DNA of 64,000 nt. Source: Eledone cirrhosa. Taxonomy: Eukaryota. The notes beneath the pieces were generated by a model. It had not been told where the DNA came from, did no database searches, and worked only from the letters and a program-made list of their open reading frames with translations. Where the stretch lies: the NCBI GenBank assembly GCA_964016885.1, contig OZ024757.1:2046001-2110000 (forward strand), written 5' to 3'. Positions 13,596-27,600 of the stretch are shown here, in pieces. Numbering within the stretch: position 1 is the first letter of the stretch; every line of letters begins with the position of its first letter. The translations under genes and the position numbers were made by a program.

Positions 13596-13847
13596 ATTCC
13601 TTTCTCAGTGTTGAACAAAAGGGCGACGATGGTTGCCGAGCACTGTATGGCGTAATTCGGGCTGTTATGAACATTATAATAAATATTCGGTAAACCCATA
13701 CGTACATATATATATATGTGTGCATGTATGTATATATATACATACTACTGTACGTCTGTACACATATATGTATGTACGTATACATACTTATATTTAGGTA
13801 TCAGCCGTACTAAGAGTGAGAAATGAAATTTCGTTTCATTCTTTTCC

Positions 13848-13890
<43 letters not shown>

Positions 13891-13959
13891 TATATAAATG
13901 GAAAAGAATGAAACGAAATTTCAATTCTCACTTTTAGTACGGCTGATACCTAAATATAT

Positions 13960-13966
13960 GTATACG

Positions 13967-14005
<39 letters not shown>

Positions 14006-14092
14006 GTACATACATATATATATATACGTACATACATATATATATATACGTTCATACATATATATATATACATATACATATATATATATATG

Positions 14093-14136
<44 letters not shown>

Positions 14137-14174
14137 TACATATATATATATACATATACATATATATATATATG

Positions 14175-14266
<92 letters not shown>

Positions 14267-14285
14267 CATACATATATATATATAT

Positions 14286-14318
<33 letters not shown>

Positions 14319-14333
14319 CATACATATATATAT

Positions 14334-14408
<75 letters not shown>

Positions 14409-14427
14409 CATATATATATATATATAT

Positions 14428-14458
<31 letters not shown>

Positions 14459-14503
14459 CATACATATATATATATATATATACATACATATATATATATA
14501 TAT

Positions 14504-14534
<31 letters not shown>

Positions 14535-14557
14535 CATACATATATATATATATATAT

Positions 14558-14616
<59 letters not shown>

Positions 14617-14705
14617 CATACATATATATATATATATACATACATATATATATATATATATACATACATATATATATATATATATATACATACATATATA
14701 TATAT

Positions 14706-14744
<39 letters not shown>

Positions 14745-14946
14745 CATATATATATATATATACATACATATATATATATATATATACATACATATATATA
14801 TATACATACATATATATATATATATATATACATACATATATATATATATATACATACATATATATATATATATATATACATACATATATATATATATATA
14901 TATACATACATATATATATATATATATATACATACATATATATATA

Positions 14947-14987
<41 letters not shown>

Positions 14988-15041
14988 ATATATATACATA
15001 CATATATATATATATATACATACATATATATATATATATAT

Positions 15042-15108
<67 letters not shown>

Positions 15109-15129
15109 CATACTTATATATATATATAT

Positions 15130-15164
<35 letters not shown>

Positions 15165-15203
15165 CATACATACATATATATATATATATACATACATATA
15201 ATA
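13960..15203. repeat. Long (TA)n/(TACA) microsatellite
   Basis: Directly visible. Confidence 0.95.
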
Positions 15204-15237
15204 TAAGATCAAAAGATGGTTAAAGGAGTTCAATATA

Positions 15238-15304
15238 TTTTATTATGCGCATTTCAAAAACAAACATCATCAAACAATAATATTTGTGTTTTCATCAGAT
15301 AAAA
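15238..15304 (-). ncRNA. Type I hammerhead ribozyme motif with long AU-rich stem II
   Basis: Minus strand TTTTAT-CTGATGA-AAACACAAATATTATT(gttt)GATGATGTTTGTTTTT-GAAAT-GCGC-ATA-ATAAAA; 6-bp stem I, palindromic stem III. Confidence 0.7.
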
Positions 15305-15837
15305 CAGGAGAACATGATATGAAGGCTAAAAAAACACTTGTTGATAGTGCGGTTTTAAATCAACATATGAAAAGTGGTTTTAGATTGATGTGTGATATTG
15401 GGAAAAATATTTTATTTAGAGAGGGGGGGAGAGAAAAGGATGAAAAGGGAAGGAGATGAGAGGGAGAGATGGGTGATAGAGAGAAAGAGATAGTTTTTAT
15501 AACAGAGAGGAGATATATATTATATAGAGGGGTTGAAAACCGTTGGAAGATACTGTATAAATTAAAAATTTTGAAAATTAACGAAGGGAGGATATGTGCG
15601 AGGAAAAAATATATTATATTTAGGGAGGGGTGGGGGTGGAAAGGATGAAAAAAAGGGGAGGAGATGAGAGTGAAGGTGGAAAGGGAGAGATGGGTGATAG
15701 AGAGAAAGAGATAGTTTTTATAACTGAGAAAAAGATATAATGTTTTAATATAGAGAGGTTGGGAACCGTTTATCCGATATCTGCATTGCTTTATTGTACT
15801 ACAATAAAACTCACCTCCTACATACATATATATATAT

Positions 15838-15878
<41 letters not shown>

Positions 15879-16248
15879 CATACATATATATATATACATA
15901 CATACATACATGGTGGCTGCCAACTCGTTTTCGAGTACGGCCACTACTTTATATCCATGTAGGAGAACCCCTACCGATGCGCTGAACGAGTGTGACTTTT
16001 TAGTCCACCCAGCGACCTGAACACTCTGGTACAAACACTACACTTGTGATAATCATTGACACATAGTGCTGGGCCCATGGTACCATGTGATGACAAGTGC
16101 AGTGAGATCTCCAGATATAAAGCAACGCCTGTGCCGGGAAGCTTTTATAGTGAGCAAAGGCACTGCACAAAGCCAGTTCCACTCTCTTAACCAAGATGAT
16201 ATTTACCAAAAAGAAGAACAAGTCAACATCATTGGATACCATCAGAGT

Positions 16249-16267
16249 TATATATACATACACACAC

Positions 16268-16302
<35 letters not shown>

Positions 16303-16440
16303 CACATATATATATATATACACATATATATATATATATATACACACATATATATATATATACACATATATATATATATATATACACACATATATATATA
16401 TATATATACACACATATATATATATATATATATACACATA

Positions 16441-16502
<62 letters not shown>

Positions 16503-16835
16503 CACATATATATATATATATACATATATATATACACATATATATATATATATACACATATATACACATATATATACACACATATATATATATATACACA
16601 TATATACATACATACACATACATACACATATATACATACATACACATATATACATACATACACATATATATATATACATACATATATATATACATACACA
16701 TATATATATATATATACATACACATATATATATATATATACATACACATATATATATATATATACATACACATATATATATATATATATACATACACATA
16801 TATATATATATACATACACATATATATATATATAC

Positions 16836-16866
<31 letters not shown>

Positions 16867-17084
16867 CACATATATATACATACACATATATATATATACA
16901 TACATACACATATATATATACATATATACATACATATATATATATATATATACATACATACACATATATATACATACACATATATACATATATATACATA
17001 CACATATATACATATATATATATATACATACATACACATATATATATACATATATACATATATATATATATACATACATACACA

Positions 17085-17118
<34 letters not shown>

Positions 17119-17255
17119 CATACATACACATATATATATACATATATACATACACATATATATATATACATACATACATACACATATATATATATACATA
17201 CATACATACACATATATATATATACATACACACATATATATATATATATATACAT

Positions 17256-17292
<37 letters not shown>

Positions 17293-17317
17293 TAAATATA
17301 TATACATATATATATAT
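16249..17317. repeat. Long (TA)n/(CA)n microsatellite
   Basis: Directly visible. Confidence 0.95.
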
Positions 17318-18048
17318 CGCTGATTTGAACTTAATGCGTAAACACAGATGGCTGGACTTCTTCCTTGTTGAAAATCCAAGTATCGGCCCCCGTGGTTTAC
17401 CATTCGATTAATTGGTGAAATATTTTTCTTTAATGGAATATATACATATTATAAGGTATCTATTTTTGAAGTTCTGGTCAACTTTATTTAGTTACCTACC
17501 TAGCTATGTGTGCTTGCACACCTGTTAAAATTATCCCCTGTGATTGTTTCATATGTTTATTTATATGTTAATCAATTTCTAGTATATATATTTTTTCTTG
17601 TCATTACCATAACAGAAGTTATGATAGTTTATGATTCCAGAGTCGGACCCAATCAATACAGATCGAGACCATGAGCTGATCAATCATAAACGAGCGTCAC
17701 ACCTCAAGAAATGCAATGAAAATAAGGTTTATATTGATGTTATTTAAGGTTAGTCCAACCAATCATTCCTTGGATAAAAATTCCTTTAAAGGAGAAGTAG
17801 ATAGACATCAGAGTACACAGCTTAGGACGATGAATTCAAAGTTGGACTAACCTTAAATAACATAAACAATTCTTTCTTCTCTGAAGTTTCTATACTAATA
17901 CCACTAATAACAATGTATATGTCGACGTACACACACAAATATATGTGAGAGCTGTTACTCTTTATACATGAAACACTGTGTAAAATGTAAAGTTTGCTTT
18001 TAAATGTATTGCCTTCTCCTCCATTTATTCTGCTTATATATATATATA

Positions 18049-18747
18049 ATCATCATCAACGTTTAACGTCTATCTTCCACGCTAGCATGGGTTTAGACAC
18101 AATTATCCTACTTGAGGCAACATTGGTTGGGTGACCGTGTCTCACTTGTATAGGACTGTATCTGGCAGGTTTTCTACGACTGGATGCCCTTCCTAACACC
18201 AACCTCGTTTACAGTGTGGACTGGGAGGTTTTTACTGTGTTACCTACATGGCCACATTACAGCGTGGACTGTGTGTTTTTTGTCGAGACACCTACACGAC
18301 CTCATTTATTTTGGACTGGATGTTGTGGTACCAACATAACTTTATAGAGAAAGGGTGGTGGTGAGTGGAGTAGGGGTATTGGGATAGGGGTGTATATTTG
18401 GTTAAGAGGTGCCTACTGACTGTAGCTTTCGCTTTGTACTTAGGCAAAGCGGGTCTTCTGTATTACTGTGTAGCACCAAAGATCTCGGTCCAGAGACATT
18501 GTCTTAGAGAGGTGCAAGTGTGTAAGGTCAGAATTTATCAGATTGTCCCAGGTTTTTCTGGGTCTACCTACTCCGTAACTACCATCTATTTTGATCGCCC
18601 TGTCGTCTTTCATGCGCATCACGTGACCATACCAACGTAGTCTTCTCTCGAGTAAACAGCATCTGATCCCTCTTATTCCTAATTTCTCACTTAGTTCATT
18701 TATGCTTTGCTGTTCGTGTATATTACTATTACACATCCAACGGAGTG
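18049..18747 (-). mobile_element. RTE LINE 3' fragment with (ATG)n tail
   Basis: RRLRWYGHVMRM..GRPRKTW; 3' UTR shared with copies at 21.6, 49.2 and 54.5 kb. Confidence 0.88.
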
Positions 18748-20454
18748 ACGTTTAGTTTCTAAAGTTAGGTCTTCACTACCTCACCCCAAGTTTTCTAGGG
18801 TCTGCCTCTTCCAAGGGTCTCAGCCACTGAGATTTCTCTGCATTTCTTTATGCAGCTGTTATCTTCCATATGCATCACATGTCTACACCAACACAGCAGT
18901 CTGTGAATCTGGGGAATATGTTGAGTAAAATCATAATTAACTGATCCTCCTGTATTTTCTTTTACCTAAAGCCAGGAATTTTTCAGCACAGCCCTCTCAT
19001 GTATATATGTGTGTGTGTGTGCGTGTGCGAGGCATCCAGCTGAAAAATCTACGGCCAAATTTATAGTCCTCGCTGGAGCAAAGCTCAACATGGCCAGACC
19101 TGCCTTCTGGGGCATGCACGGCCCGTCTAACCCATGCAAGCATGGAAAAATTGACACTAAATGGAAATGATGATTATATATATATATAGGTGCTTTTTGC
19201 CATGCCTTTTAAAGTGGGCATGAAAAAGACACAGCAAAAAGCACCCAGCACTCTGTAAAGTGGTCATGTAGGTGTCATGACAAAAAGCACACAGGCCTCA
19301 CTGTAATGTGGTCATGTAGGTGACAGGGCAAAAAGCACCCCTCACACACTGTAGTTGGCCTTAGGAAGGGCATCCAGCCAGAAACAGTCCTAAATGAGCG
19401 AGACATGGTCATCTGACCCAAAATGGGACAAACCTGTCTAACCCATGCGAGCGTGGAAGATAGACATTAATTTATGATGATGATACGAGAGGGTGCTGAA
19501 CGCTTCCTGTGTGTAAAGGTATCGTGAACAGGTAGGACTTGCCTTTACAGGAGAGGTGGAGCTGTTACCTTTACTAGGGAGGTGGGACCACTACAATAAG
19601 TCTGTCAATCTGAGAGGGGAATATGTTGAATAAAATCATAATTAACTGATCCACCTGTATTTTGTTTTACCCAAAGCCAGCCCCCCCCCTCCCTCCTATA
19701 GAAGCTGGATTTGTTTTTGTTGTCTATATTTCCCATTAGCAACCATTGAATGGTGATAGAGGAACCTGTTTAGTCAGGTAAAACAAGAAACTATATCTTA
19801 GGAGACACAAACTATTGTCCTCTTTAAACATGTTTTACCTTTCAGGTTCCATTATTAAGATTAAAGTCAGAATTGTTGGCTCGTATACATCCCACACTTT
19901 ATATACACTGTGTGTGTGTGTGTATATACACGCAGATTATATATACACACACATACATATATATATATGAAAGAGAGCAGACCCCGACAGCTGAGCTCTT
20001 GCCTTCCAGATTCTAGTCTAACCAGTTTCTTACTGTAGCCATCTTGATATATATATATCCGTATGTGGTTGACAGCTGAGAGAAAAGAGTTCTCAATACC
20101 GAAGTAGAGTTTAATTATTCATTTTATTAAGGCTTAAAAATGAGTCTTGTTACTCTGGAGTTTTGCCTGTTTATCTCAGGGTCATCACACATAACAAAAC
20201 CCATTATTTAGCCTTAATAAAATGAATATATATATATAATCACTGTTTAACGTCCATTTTCTACGCTAGCATGGGTTAGACGGGTTTTCCTATATGAGGC
20301 AAGTCGAGGTAAGATGACCATGTCTTGCTTGTACAGAACTGATTTAACCTGGTTTCTACAGCTCGATGCCCTTCCTAAAGCCAACCACATTACAGTGTGT
20401 GCTGGGTGCTTTTTGTTACGTCGCCATCACGACCACTTTATATATACATATACA

Positions 20455-21553
20455 TACAAGATGGTTGCAAAACGTTTCTGGACTAGTTCTGTAGCACACC
20501 AACAGATAGCAACATACAGTTGCACTCACAGTGACCTTCATGCTAGTGTCAAGTGACATCACTGTGAGAGCCAGCAGTGACCTTCATGTGGCAGTGTGTC
20601 AAGTTGTGGTCCCGTGTATGCTGTAGCCTGTGGTTTTGTCGTGAACAGGAAGTTGGAAGAAAGAGCTAACGTGAAATTTTGATATCAACTTGGGAAGTCT
20701 GCTAGAGACATTGAACATGTCAGCATACGTTGATGAGGCAATGGTCGTATGGAATGTTTCGAGTGTCATGGCCGCTTCTAAAGTGGAAGAAAGTCCCTGG
20801 AAGATGACGAGGAATCTGGATGGCCTGCCACAAGTGTCAACCCCGAAAATTAATCAGGTTGTGCATGAGGATGGTCGGAGGACAATCAACGATATTGCTG
20901 ATGTTTTGAGGGAGGACATTTGGCAATAGCGACTGGATCTGCGGAGCCTGAAGAATTGGATACTTCACAACAACAAGGCGCCTGGCTTAGTGGTTAGAGC
21001 ATTGGGCTTGCAATCGAAAGGTTGTGAATTCAAATCTCGGAACGGGTGATGTGTTGTTTCCTTGAGCAAGACACTTTATTTCATGTTGCTCCAGTTTACT
21101 CAGCTGTAGAAATGAGATGATAGGACTGGGGTCCCTAGCATTAAATTACCCAAGACAACTCCGAGATATACCTAAACTTGCATAGGTGTGAGCTGTCACA
21201 CATACATACCCTGTCACCAAGTTCTCCTCACTCGTGAGTTTCTCCCCAAAACCAACATTGTTTCACTTCCACACCCACCCAATTCACCACCTGCAGACTT
21301 CCACCTCTTCTCCAAGCTGAAAATGCACCTCAAAGATTGCCGTTTTAACAGTTGCCGAGATCCAGAGTGAATCACAGAAGGTCCTCGACTTGTTAACAGA
21401 AAACAACTTCCAGGCTGGATTCCAAGTGTCAGGAACTCTGAAACTGGTGCATTGCTGTACAAGGAGACTATTTCGAAGATGTTAAAACTTAAGTAAATAT
21501 ATTAGTTTTTTTTAAACAACTAGTCTGGGAACTTCTTGATACCACCTTCTGTA
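20455..21553 (+). mobile_element. Decayed Tc1/mariner transposon, internally deleted, with a nested SINE
   Basis: Imperfect TIRs (TACAAGATGGT..GGACTAGTT / AACTAGTC..ACCACCTTCTGTA), TA flanks; remnants ERANVKF..LGKSA, WILHNNKAP, HPPNSP.ADFHLFSKLK. Confidence 0.8.
20979..21140 (+). mobile_element. tRNA-derived SINE (family B), 5' part
   Basis: TGGCTTAGTGGTTAGAGC (A-box) and GTGAATTCAAATCTC (B-box-like); matches 33240-33574. Confidence 0.8.
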
Positions 21554-21636
21554 TATATATATATATATATAACATATATACAGTGTTTTTATATATATAC
21601 TAGCAGGGAGAATAAACTTTAAATGATATATATATA

Positions 21637-23492
21637 TCATCATCATCATCATTTAATGTCCATCTTCCACGCTAGCATGGGTTTAGACGGGAATTGTCCC
21701 ACGTGAGGCAAGATTGGTTGTCCTGCTCGTATAGGACTGTCTGGCGGGTTTTCTACGGCTGGATGCCCTTCCTAACATCAACCATGTTTTGTGTGGACTG
21801 GGAGGTTTTTACGTTACCTACACGGCCACATTACAGCGTGGACTGTGTTTTTTTGTCGTGACACCTACACGACCTCATTTATTTAGGTCTGGTTGTTGTG
21901 GCACCAACATAACTTTACAGAGAAAGGGGTGGTGTAGATGGGGGTAGGGGGATGGGAGTGTATTTTTGGTTAGGAGGTGCCTACTGACTGTAGGTTTCGC
22001 TTTGTACTTAAGCAAGGCGGGTCTTCTGTATTACTGCGTAGCGCCAAAGATCTCCGTCCAGTGACATTGTCTTGGAGAGGTGCAAGTGTGTAAGGTCGGA
22101 ATTTATCAAATCGTCCCACATTTTTCTGGGTCTACCTACTCCATAGCTCCCATCTATGTTGATCGCCCTGCACTTTTTTATACAGCTGTCGTCTTTCATG
22201 CGCATCACGTGACCATACCAATGTAGTCTTCTCTCGAGTAAACAGCATCTGATTCCTTTTATTCCTAATTTCTCACTTAGTTCATTTATGCTTTGCCGTT
22301 CGCGTATATTACTATTACACATCCAATGGAGCATGCAAGCTTCGTTCCTCTCCAGTCTGCGCAGATCCTCTACACACAATACCCATGTCTCACTGCCATG
22401 TAACAATGCTGTTCGTATGCAGGCATCATACAGTCTGCCTTTCATTTTTAGGGAGAAACCTTTAGCAGCCACTAGTGGTATAAGCTCTCTGAACTTTTTC
22501 CATCCCGTTCTGACTCTGGCTCTGTACTTTCAGAACACCCTCCACCACTGCTGATTTTGTCACCCAGGTAATGGAAGGTGTCCAGTATTTCTATAGAACC
22601 ATCTGGACAGTAGAAGGAGATATCATCCAGTGGGCCCTTGTTACTTATTGCACCTGAGCATCGGCCACATATAAAATCTATGTTCGTAGTTAGCTTACCT
22701 GTGATCCCACTACATCTTCTATGTACCCATAGTTTGCATTTGGGGCGTAGAATGGAATTTCTACCTACTTCTTTTTTACATACTGAGCATGGCCATTTCC
22801 CAGAGGGCACCTGTGCCCTATTTTCCTTTCTACATACTAGACGACTTGACACTAAGGCCTTTTGATTCTAGGCCATGCTTCCATGTTTGGAACTTCTTCT
22901 CTAGTTCAGCCATTGATTCAGCTATGAGCTTTAGATCATCTGCGTATAGGAGTTCCCATGGGCAGCCGGTCTTGAACTCCTCTGTTATAGCCTGAAGGGC
23001 GATAATAAATAGGGGGTTAAGGACAGAGCCCTGATGAACACCAACTTTTACACTAAATTCTTCACTATATTCATTATTAATTCTAACTTACTGACTGTTT
23101 CTTTATACATGGCTTGTATAGCTCTCACAAGCCATTCATCAACACCTAGTTTTCTGAGAGCCCACTAGATAATGGAGCAGGGGACTCTGTCAAAGGCTTT
23201 CTCCAGGTCTACAAAGGCTAAGTAGAGGGGTTTACCTTTAGCTAGGTACTTCTCCTGTAGTTGTCGTACAATGAAAAGGGCATCTGTGGTACTTTTATCT
23301 GACACAAACCCGAACTGCATTTCATCTAGATCAATTCGCTGTGATTAGTTGTGCTATTATTTTTTCTGTGACCTTCATGACCTGGTCAACTAACTTAATG
23401 CCACTATAGTTTCCCCTATCTAGGGCATCTCCTTTACCCTTGTAGCAGTTAATGATGATGCTGCTGCTATGCAAGTCATTTGGGATGACCAT
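21637..23492 (-). mobile_element. RTE LINE, 5'-truncated, PHD-containing RT
   Basis: YKGKGDALDRGNY; YADD region; CSVCKKEVGRNSIL..WVHRRC; LLHGSETW; (ATG)n tail. Confidence 0.9.
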
Positions 23493-23599
23493 AGTGTGTC
23501 CCACCGTTCCAGATATATCTATGTATCCTTCCATGTCATAAGAGGAAACCAAAAGTGTATCTAGCTGTAAAACACTGCCCCAAGACATCTCCCCACCCC

Positions 23600-24650
23600 A
23601 TGCCATGGAAAGGTGGACATAAAAACACTTGCATGGGTTGGACAGGTCCTTCCAAGTGAAGCATGTCTCCACTTGTCATGTCTCAGTGATTTGACATCAG
23701 CTAACACCCCTTCCTCTACTGTGGCTTCCTTCCACTGGCATTTCCTCACCCAGTGATCATCACATGGCTGTACCAGTCTTCTCTATTGCATACCAACTCA
23801 GATTCCTCTTAAACCCAGCTTCTCTCTCATCCAAACTCTTCCTTTCTCTCACACTTACATTGCATATCCAACAAAGCATGGCTGCTTCATTTTTCTCCAG
23901 TCTACACGTCCTCTGCAGCCACAGCCCATATTTCCTTACCATGTAGCACCACGTCCTCTGCAGCCACTGCCCATGTTTCCCTACTTTCCATCATCACACT
24001 TCACACACAGGTGCCATACAGTCATCCCTTTGTATGAAGGGAGAAACCTTTTATGGCTAACAGTGGGAGTAGCTCTGTAAACTTCTTCCATCCTGTCCTT
24101 ATTCTAGGTATTATGCTCTCAGAGCACCCTCCTCCACTGATGATTAAGTCACCTAGATAACAGAAGCTATCAACCACTTCTATGAACCGTTCCTCTGACT
24201 TAAAGAGGTTTATATTACTTCACTACCACACTTCCTCCTGTGCATCATCTACATACAGTCTTCCTTTCTTGTTAGTCTACCTGTTATCCCACATCTTGTG
24301 TACCTAAGATTTACATTGTGTACATCATACAGAGTTTCTGCCTATCAAGCAGGGCCATTTACCTGAGATCAGGGTCCCATCTTCCCAAAACTTTATTTTT
24401 TTCTAAGTTTATTCCCAGCCCTAATGATTGTAAATTCTGTTTCCATAGTCTCCCTGAGGTACCCATCCATCTCACTTCTTGTACACAACATACATCTACT
24501 TCTCTTCTCTTTAACAGTTCCACAATTTCACCTGATTTACCTTTCAGGGTGGCAGTCCTGAGATTTATACCTTGACAGTTGTTACTTCCTTGGGTCGAAG
24601 CTCTATGTACCTGAAAGGGAAAAAGGCTGTGCAGTTGCTTGATGACAGTT
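23600..24650 (-). mobile_element. Degenerate RTE LINE with a large internal deletion (RT 3' part joined to endonuclease N-terminus)
   Basis: RLEKNEAAMLCWICN remnant; upstream ATLKGKSGEIVELLKRR-like endonuclease start. Confidence 0.7.
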
Positions 24651-24652
24651 GA

Positions 24653-27600
24653 GGGTCTCTCACATGGCTACTCTAGCCCCCACTAGTGTTAGTCCATGGT
24701 CAAGGGGTCTCACACATGGCTACTCTAGCCCCCACTAGTGTTAGTCAACGGTCAAGGGGTCTTGCACATGGCTACTCTAGCCCCCACTAGTGTTAGTCCA
24801 TGGTCAAGGGGTCTCACACATGGCTACTCTAGCCCCCACTAGTGTTAGTCCATGGTCAAGAGGGTCTCACACATGGCTACTCTAGCCCCCACTAGTGTTA
24901 GTCAACGGTCAAGGGGTCTTGCACATGGCTACTCTAGCCGCCACTAGTGTTAGTCCATGGTCAAGGGGTCTCACACATGGCTACTCTAGCCCCCACTAGT
25001 GTTAGTCCATGGTCAAGAGGGTCTCACACATGGCTACTCTAGCCCCCACTAGTGTTAGTCAACGGTCAAGGGGTCTTGCACATGGCTACTCTAGCCCCCA
25101 CTAGTGTTAGTCCATGGTCAAGGGGTCTCACACATGGCTACTCTAGCCCCCACTAGTGTTAGTCCATGGTCAAGAGGGTCTCACACATGGCTACTCTAGC
25201 CCCCACTAGTGTTAGTCAACGGTCAAGGGGTCTTGCACATGGCTACTCTAGCCGCCACTAGTGTTAGTCAACGGTCAAGGGGTCTTGCACATGGCTACTC
25301 TAGCCCCCACTAGTGTTAGTCAACGGTCAAGGGGTCTCACACATGGCTACTCTAGCCCCCACTAGTGTTAGTCAACGGTCAAGGGGTCTTGCACATGGCT
25401 ACTCTAGCCCCCACTAGTGTTAGTCAACGGTCAAGGGGTCTCACACATGGCTACTCTAGCCCCCACTAGTGTTAGTCAACGGTCAAGGGGTCTTGCACAT
25501 GGCTACTCTAGCCCCCACTAGTGTTAGTCAACGGTCAAGGGGTCTCACACATGGCTACTCTAGCCCCCACTAGTGTTAGTCAACGGTCAAGGGGTCTTGC
25601 ACATGGCTACTCTAGCCCCCACTAGTGTTAGTCAACGGTCAAGGGGTCTCACACATGGCTACTCTAGCCCCCACTAGTGTTAGTCAACGGTCAAGGGGTC
25701 TTGCACATGGCTACTCTAGCCCCCACTAGTGTTAGTCAACGGTCAAGGGGTCTCACACATGGCTACTCTAGCCCCCACTAGTGTTAGTCAACGGTCAAGG
25801 GGTCTTGCACATGGCTACTCTAGCCCCCACTAGTGTTAGTCAACGGTCAAGGGGTCTTGCACATGGCTACTCTAGCCGCCACTAGTGTTAGTCCATGGTC
25901 AAGGGGTCTCACACATGGCTACTCTAGCCCCCACTAGTGTTAGTCCACGGTCAAGGGGTCTCACACATGGCTACTCTAGCCCCCACTAGTGTTAGTCCAT
26001 GGTCAAGAGGGTCTCACACATGGCTACTCTAGCCCCCACTAGTGTTAGTCAACGGTCAAGAGGGTCTCACACATGGCTACTCTAGCCCACACTAGTGTTA
26101 GTCAAGGGGTCTCACACATGGCTACTCTAGCCCCCACTAGTGTTAGTCAACGGTCAAGAGGGTCTCACACATGGCTACTCTAGCCCCCACTAGTGTTAGT
26201 CAAGGGGTCTCACACATGGCTACTCTAGCCCACACTAGTGTTAGTCAACGGTCAAGAGGGTCTCACACATGGCTACTCTAGCCCCCACTAGTGTTAGTCA
26301 ACGGTCAAGAGGGTCTCACACATGGCTACTCTAGCCCCCACTAGTGTTAGTCAACGGTCAAGAGGGTCTCACACATGGCTACTCTAGCCCCCACTAGTGT
26401 TAGTCAAGGGGTCTCACACATGGCTACTCTAGCCCACACTAGTGTTAGTCAACGGTCAAGAGGGTCTCACACATGGCTACTCTAGCCCCCACTAGTGTTA
26501 GTCAACGGTCAAGAGGGTCTCACACATGGCTACTCTAGCCCCCACTAGTGTTAGTCAACGGTCAAGAGGGTCTCACACATGGCTACTCTAGCCCCCACTA
26601 GTGTTAGTCAACGGTCAAGAGGGTCTCACACATGGCTACTCTAGCCCCCACTAGTGTTAGTCAAGGGGTCTCACACATGGCTACTCTAGCCCACACTAGT
26701 GTTAGTCAACGGTCAAGAGGGTCTCACACATGGCTACTCTAGCCCCCACTAGTGTTAGTCAACGGTCAAGAGGGTCTCACACATGGCTACTCTAGCCCCC
26801 ACTAGTGTTAGTCAACGGTCAAGAGGGTCTCACACATGGCTACTCTAGCCCCCACTAGTGTTAGTCAACGGTCAAGAGGGTCTCACACATGGCTACTCTA
26901 GCCCCCACTAGTGTTAGTCAAGGGGTCTCACACATGGCTACTCTAGCCCACACTAGTGTTAGTCAACGGTCAAGAGGGTCTCACACATGGCTACTCTAGC
27001 CCCCACTAGTGTTAGTCAACGGTCAAGAGGGTCTCACACATGGCTACTCTAGCCCCCACTAGTGTTAGTCAACGGTCAAGAGGGTCTCACACATGGCTAC
27101 TCTAGCCCCCACTAGTGTTAGTCAAGGGGTCTCACATGGCTACTCTAGCCCACACTAGTGTTAGTCAACGGTCAAGAGGGTCTCACACATGGCTACTCTA
27201 GCCCCCACTAGTGTTAGTCAACGGTCAAGAGGGTCTCACACATGGCTACTCTAGCCCCCACTAGTGTTAGTCAAGGGGTCTCACATGGCTACTCTAGCCC
27301 ACACTAGTGTTAGTCAACGGTCAAGAGGGTCTCACACATGGCTACTCTAGCCCCCACTAGTGTTAGTCAACGGTCAAGAGGGTCTCACACATGGCTACTC
27401 TAGCCCCCACTAGTGTTAGTCAAGGGGTCTCACATGGCTACTCTAGCCCACACTAGTGTTAGTCAACGGTCAAGAGGGTCTCACACATGGCTACTCTAGC
27501 CCCCACTAGTGTTAGTCAACGGTCAAGAGGGTCTCACACATGGCTACTCTAGCCCCCACTAGTGTTAGTCAAGGGGTCTCACATGGCTACTCTAGCCCCC

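Larger units (their letters stand above)
13177..13790. mobile_element. Non-coding fold-back element, about 285-bp arms, with a hammerhead in each arm (Penelope pLTR-like)
   Basis: About 13177-13462 is an imperfect reverse complement of about 13513-13790; 50-bp spacer; no ORF. Confidence 0.75.

Noticed and set aside
13898-17403. Long YI/HT/CV-rich ORFs (also at 3.1-6.8 and 9.7-10.4 kb)
   Set aside because: Translations of (TA)n/(CA)n microsatellites, open in several frames on both strands
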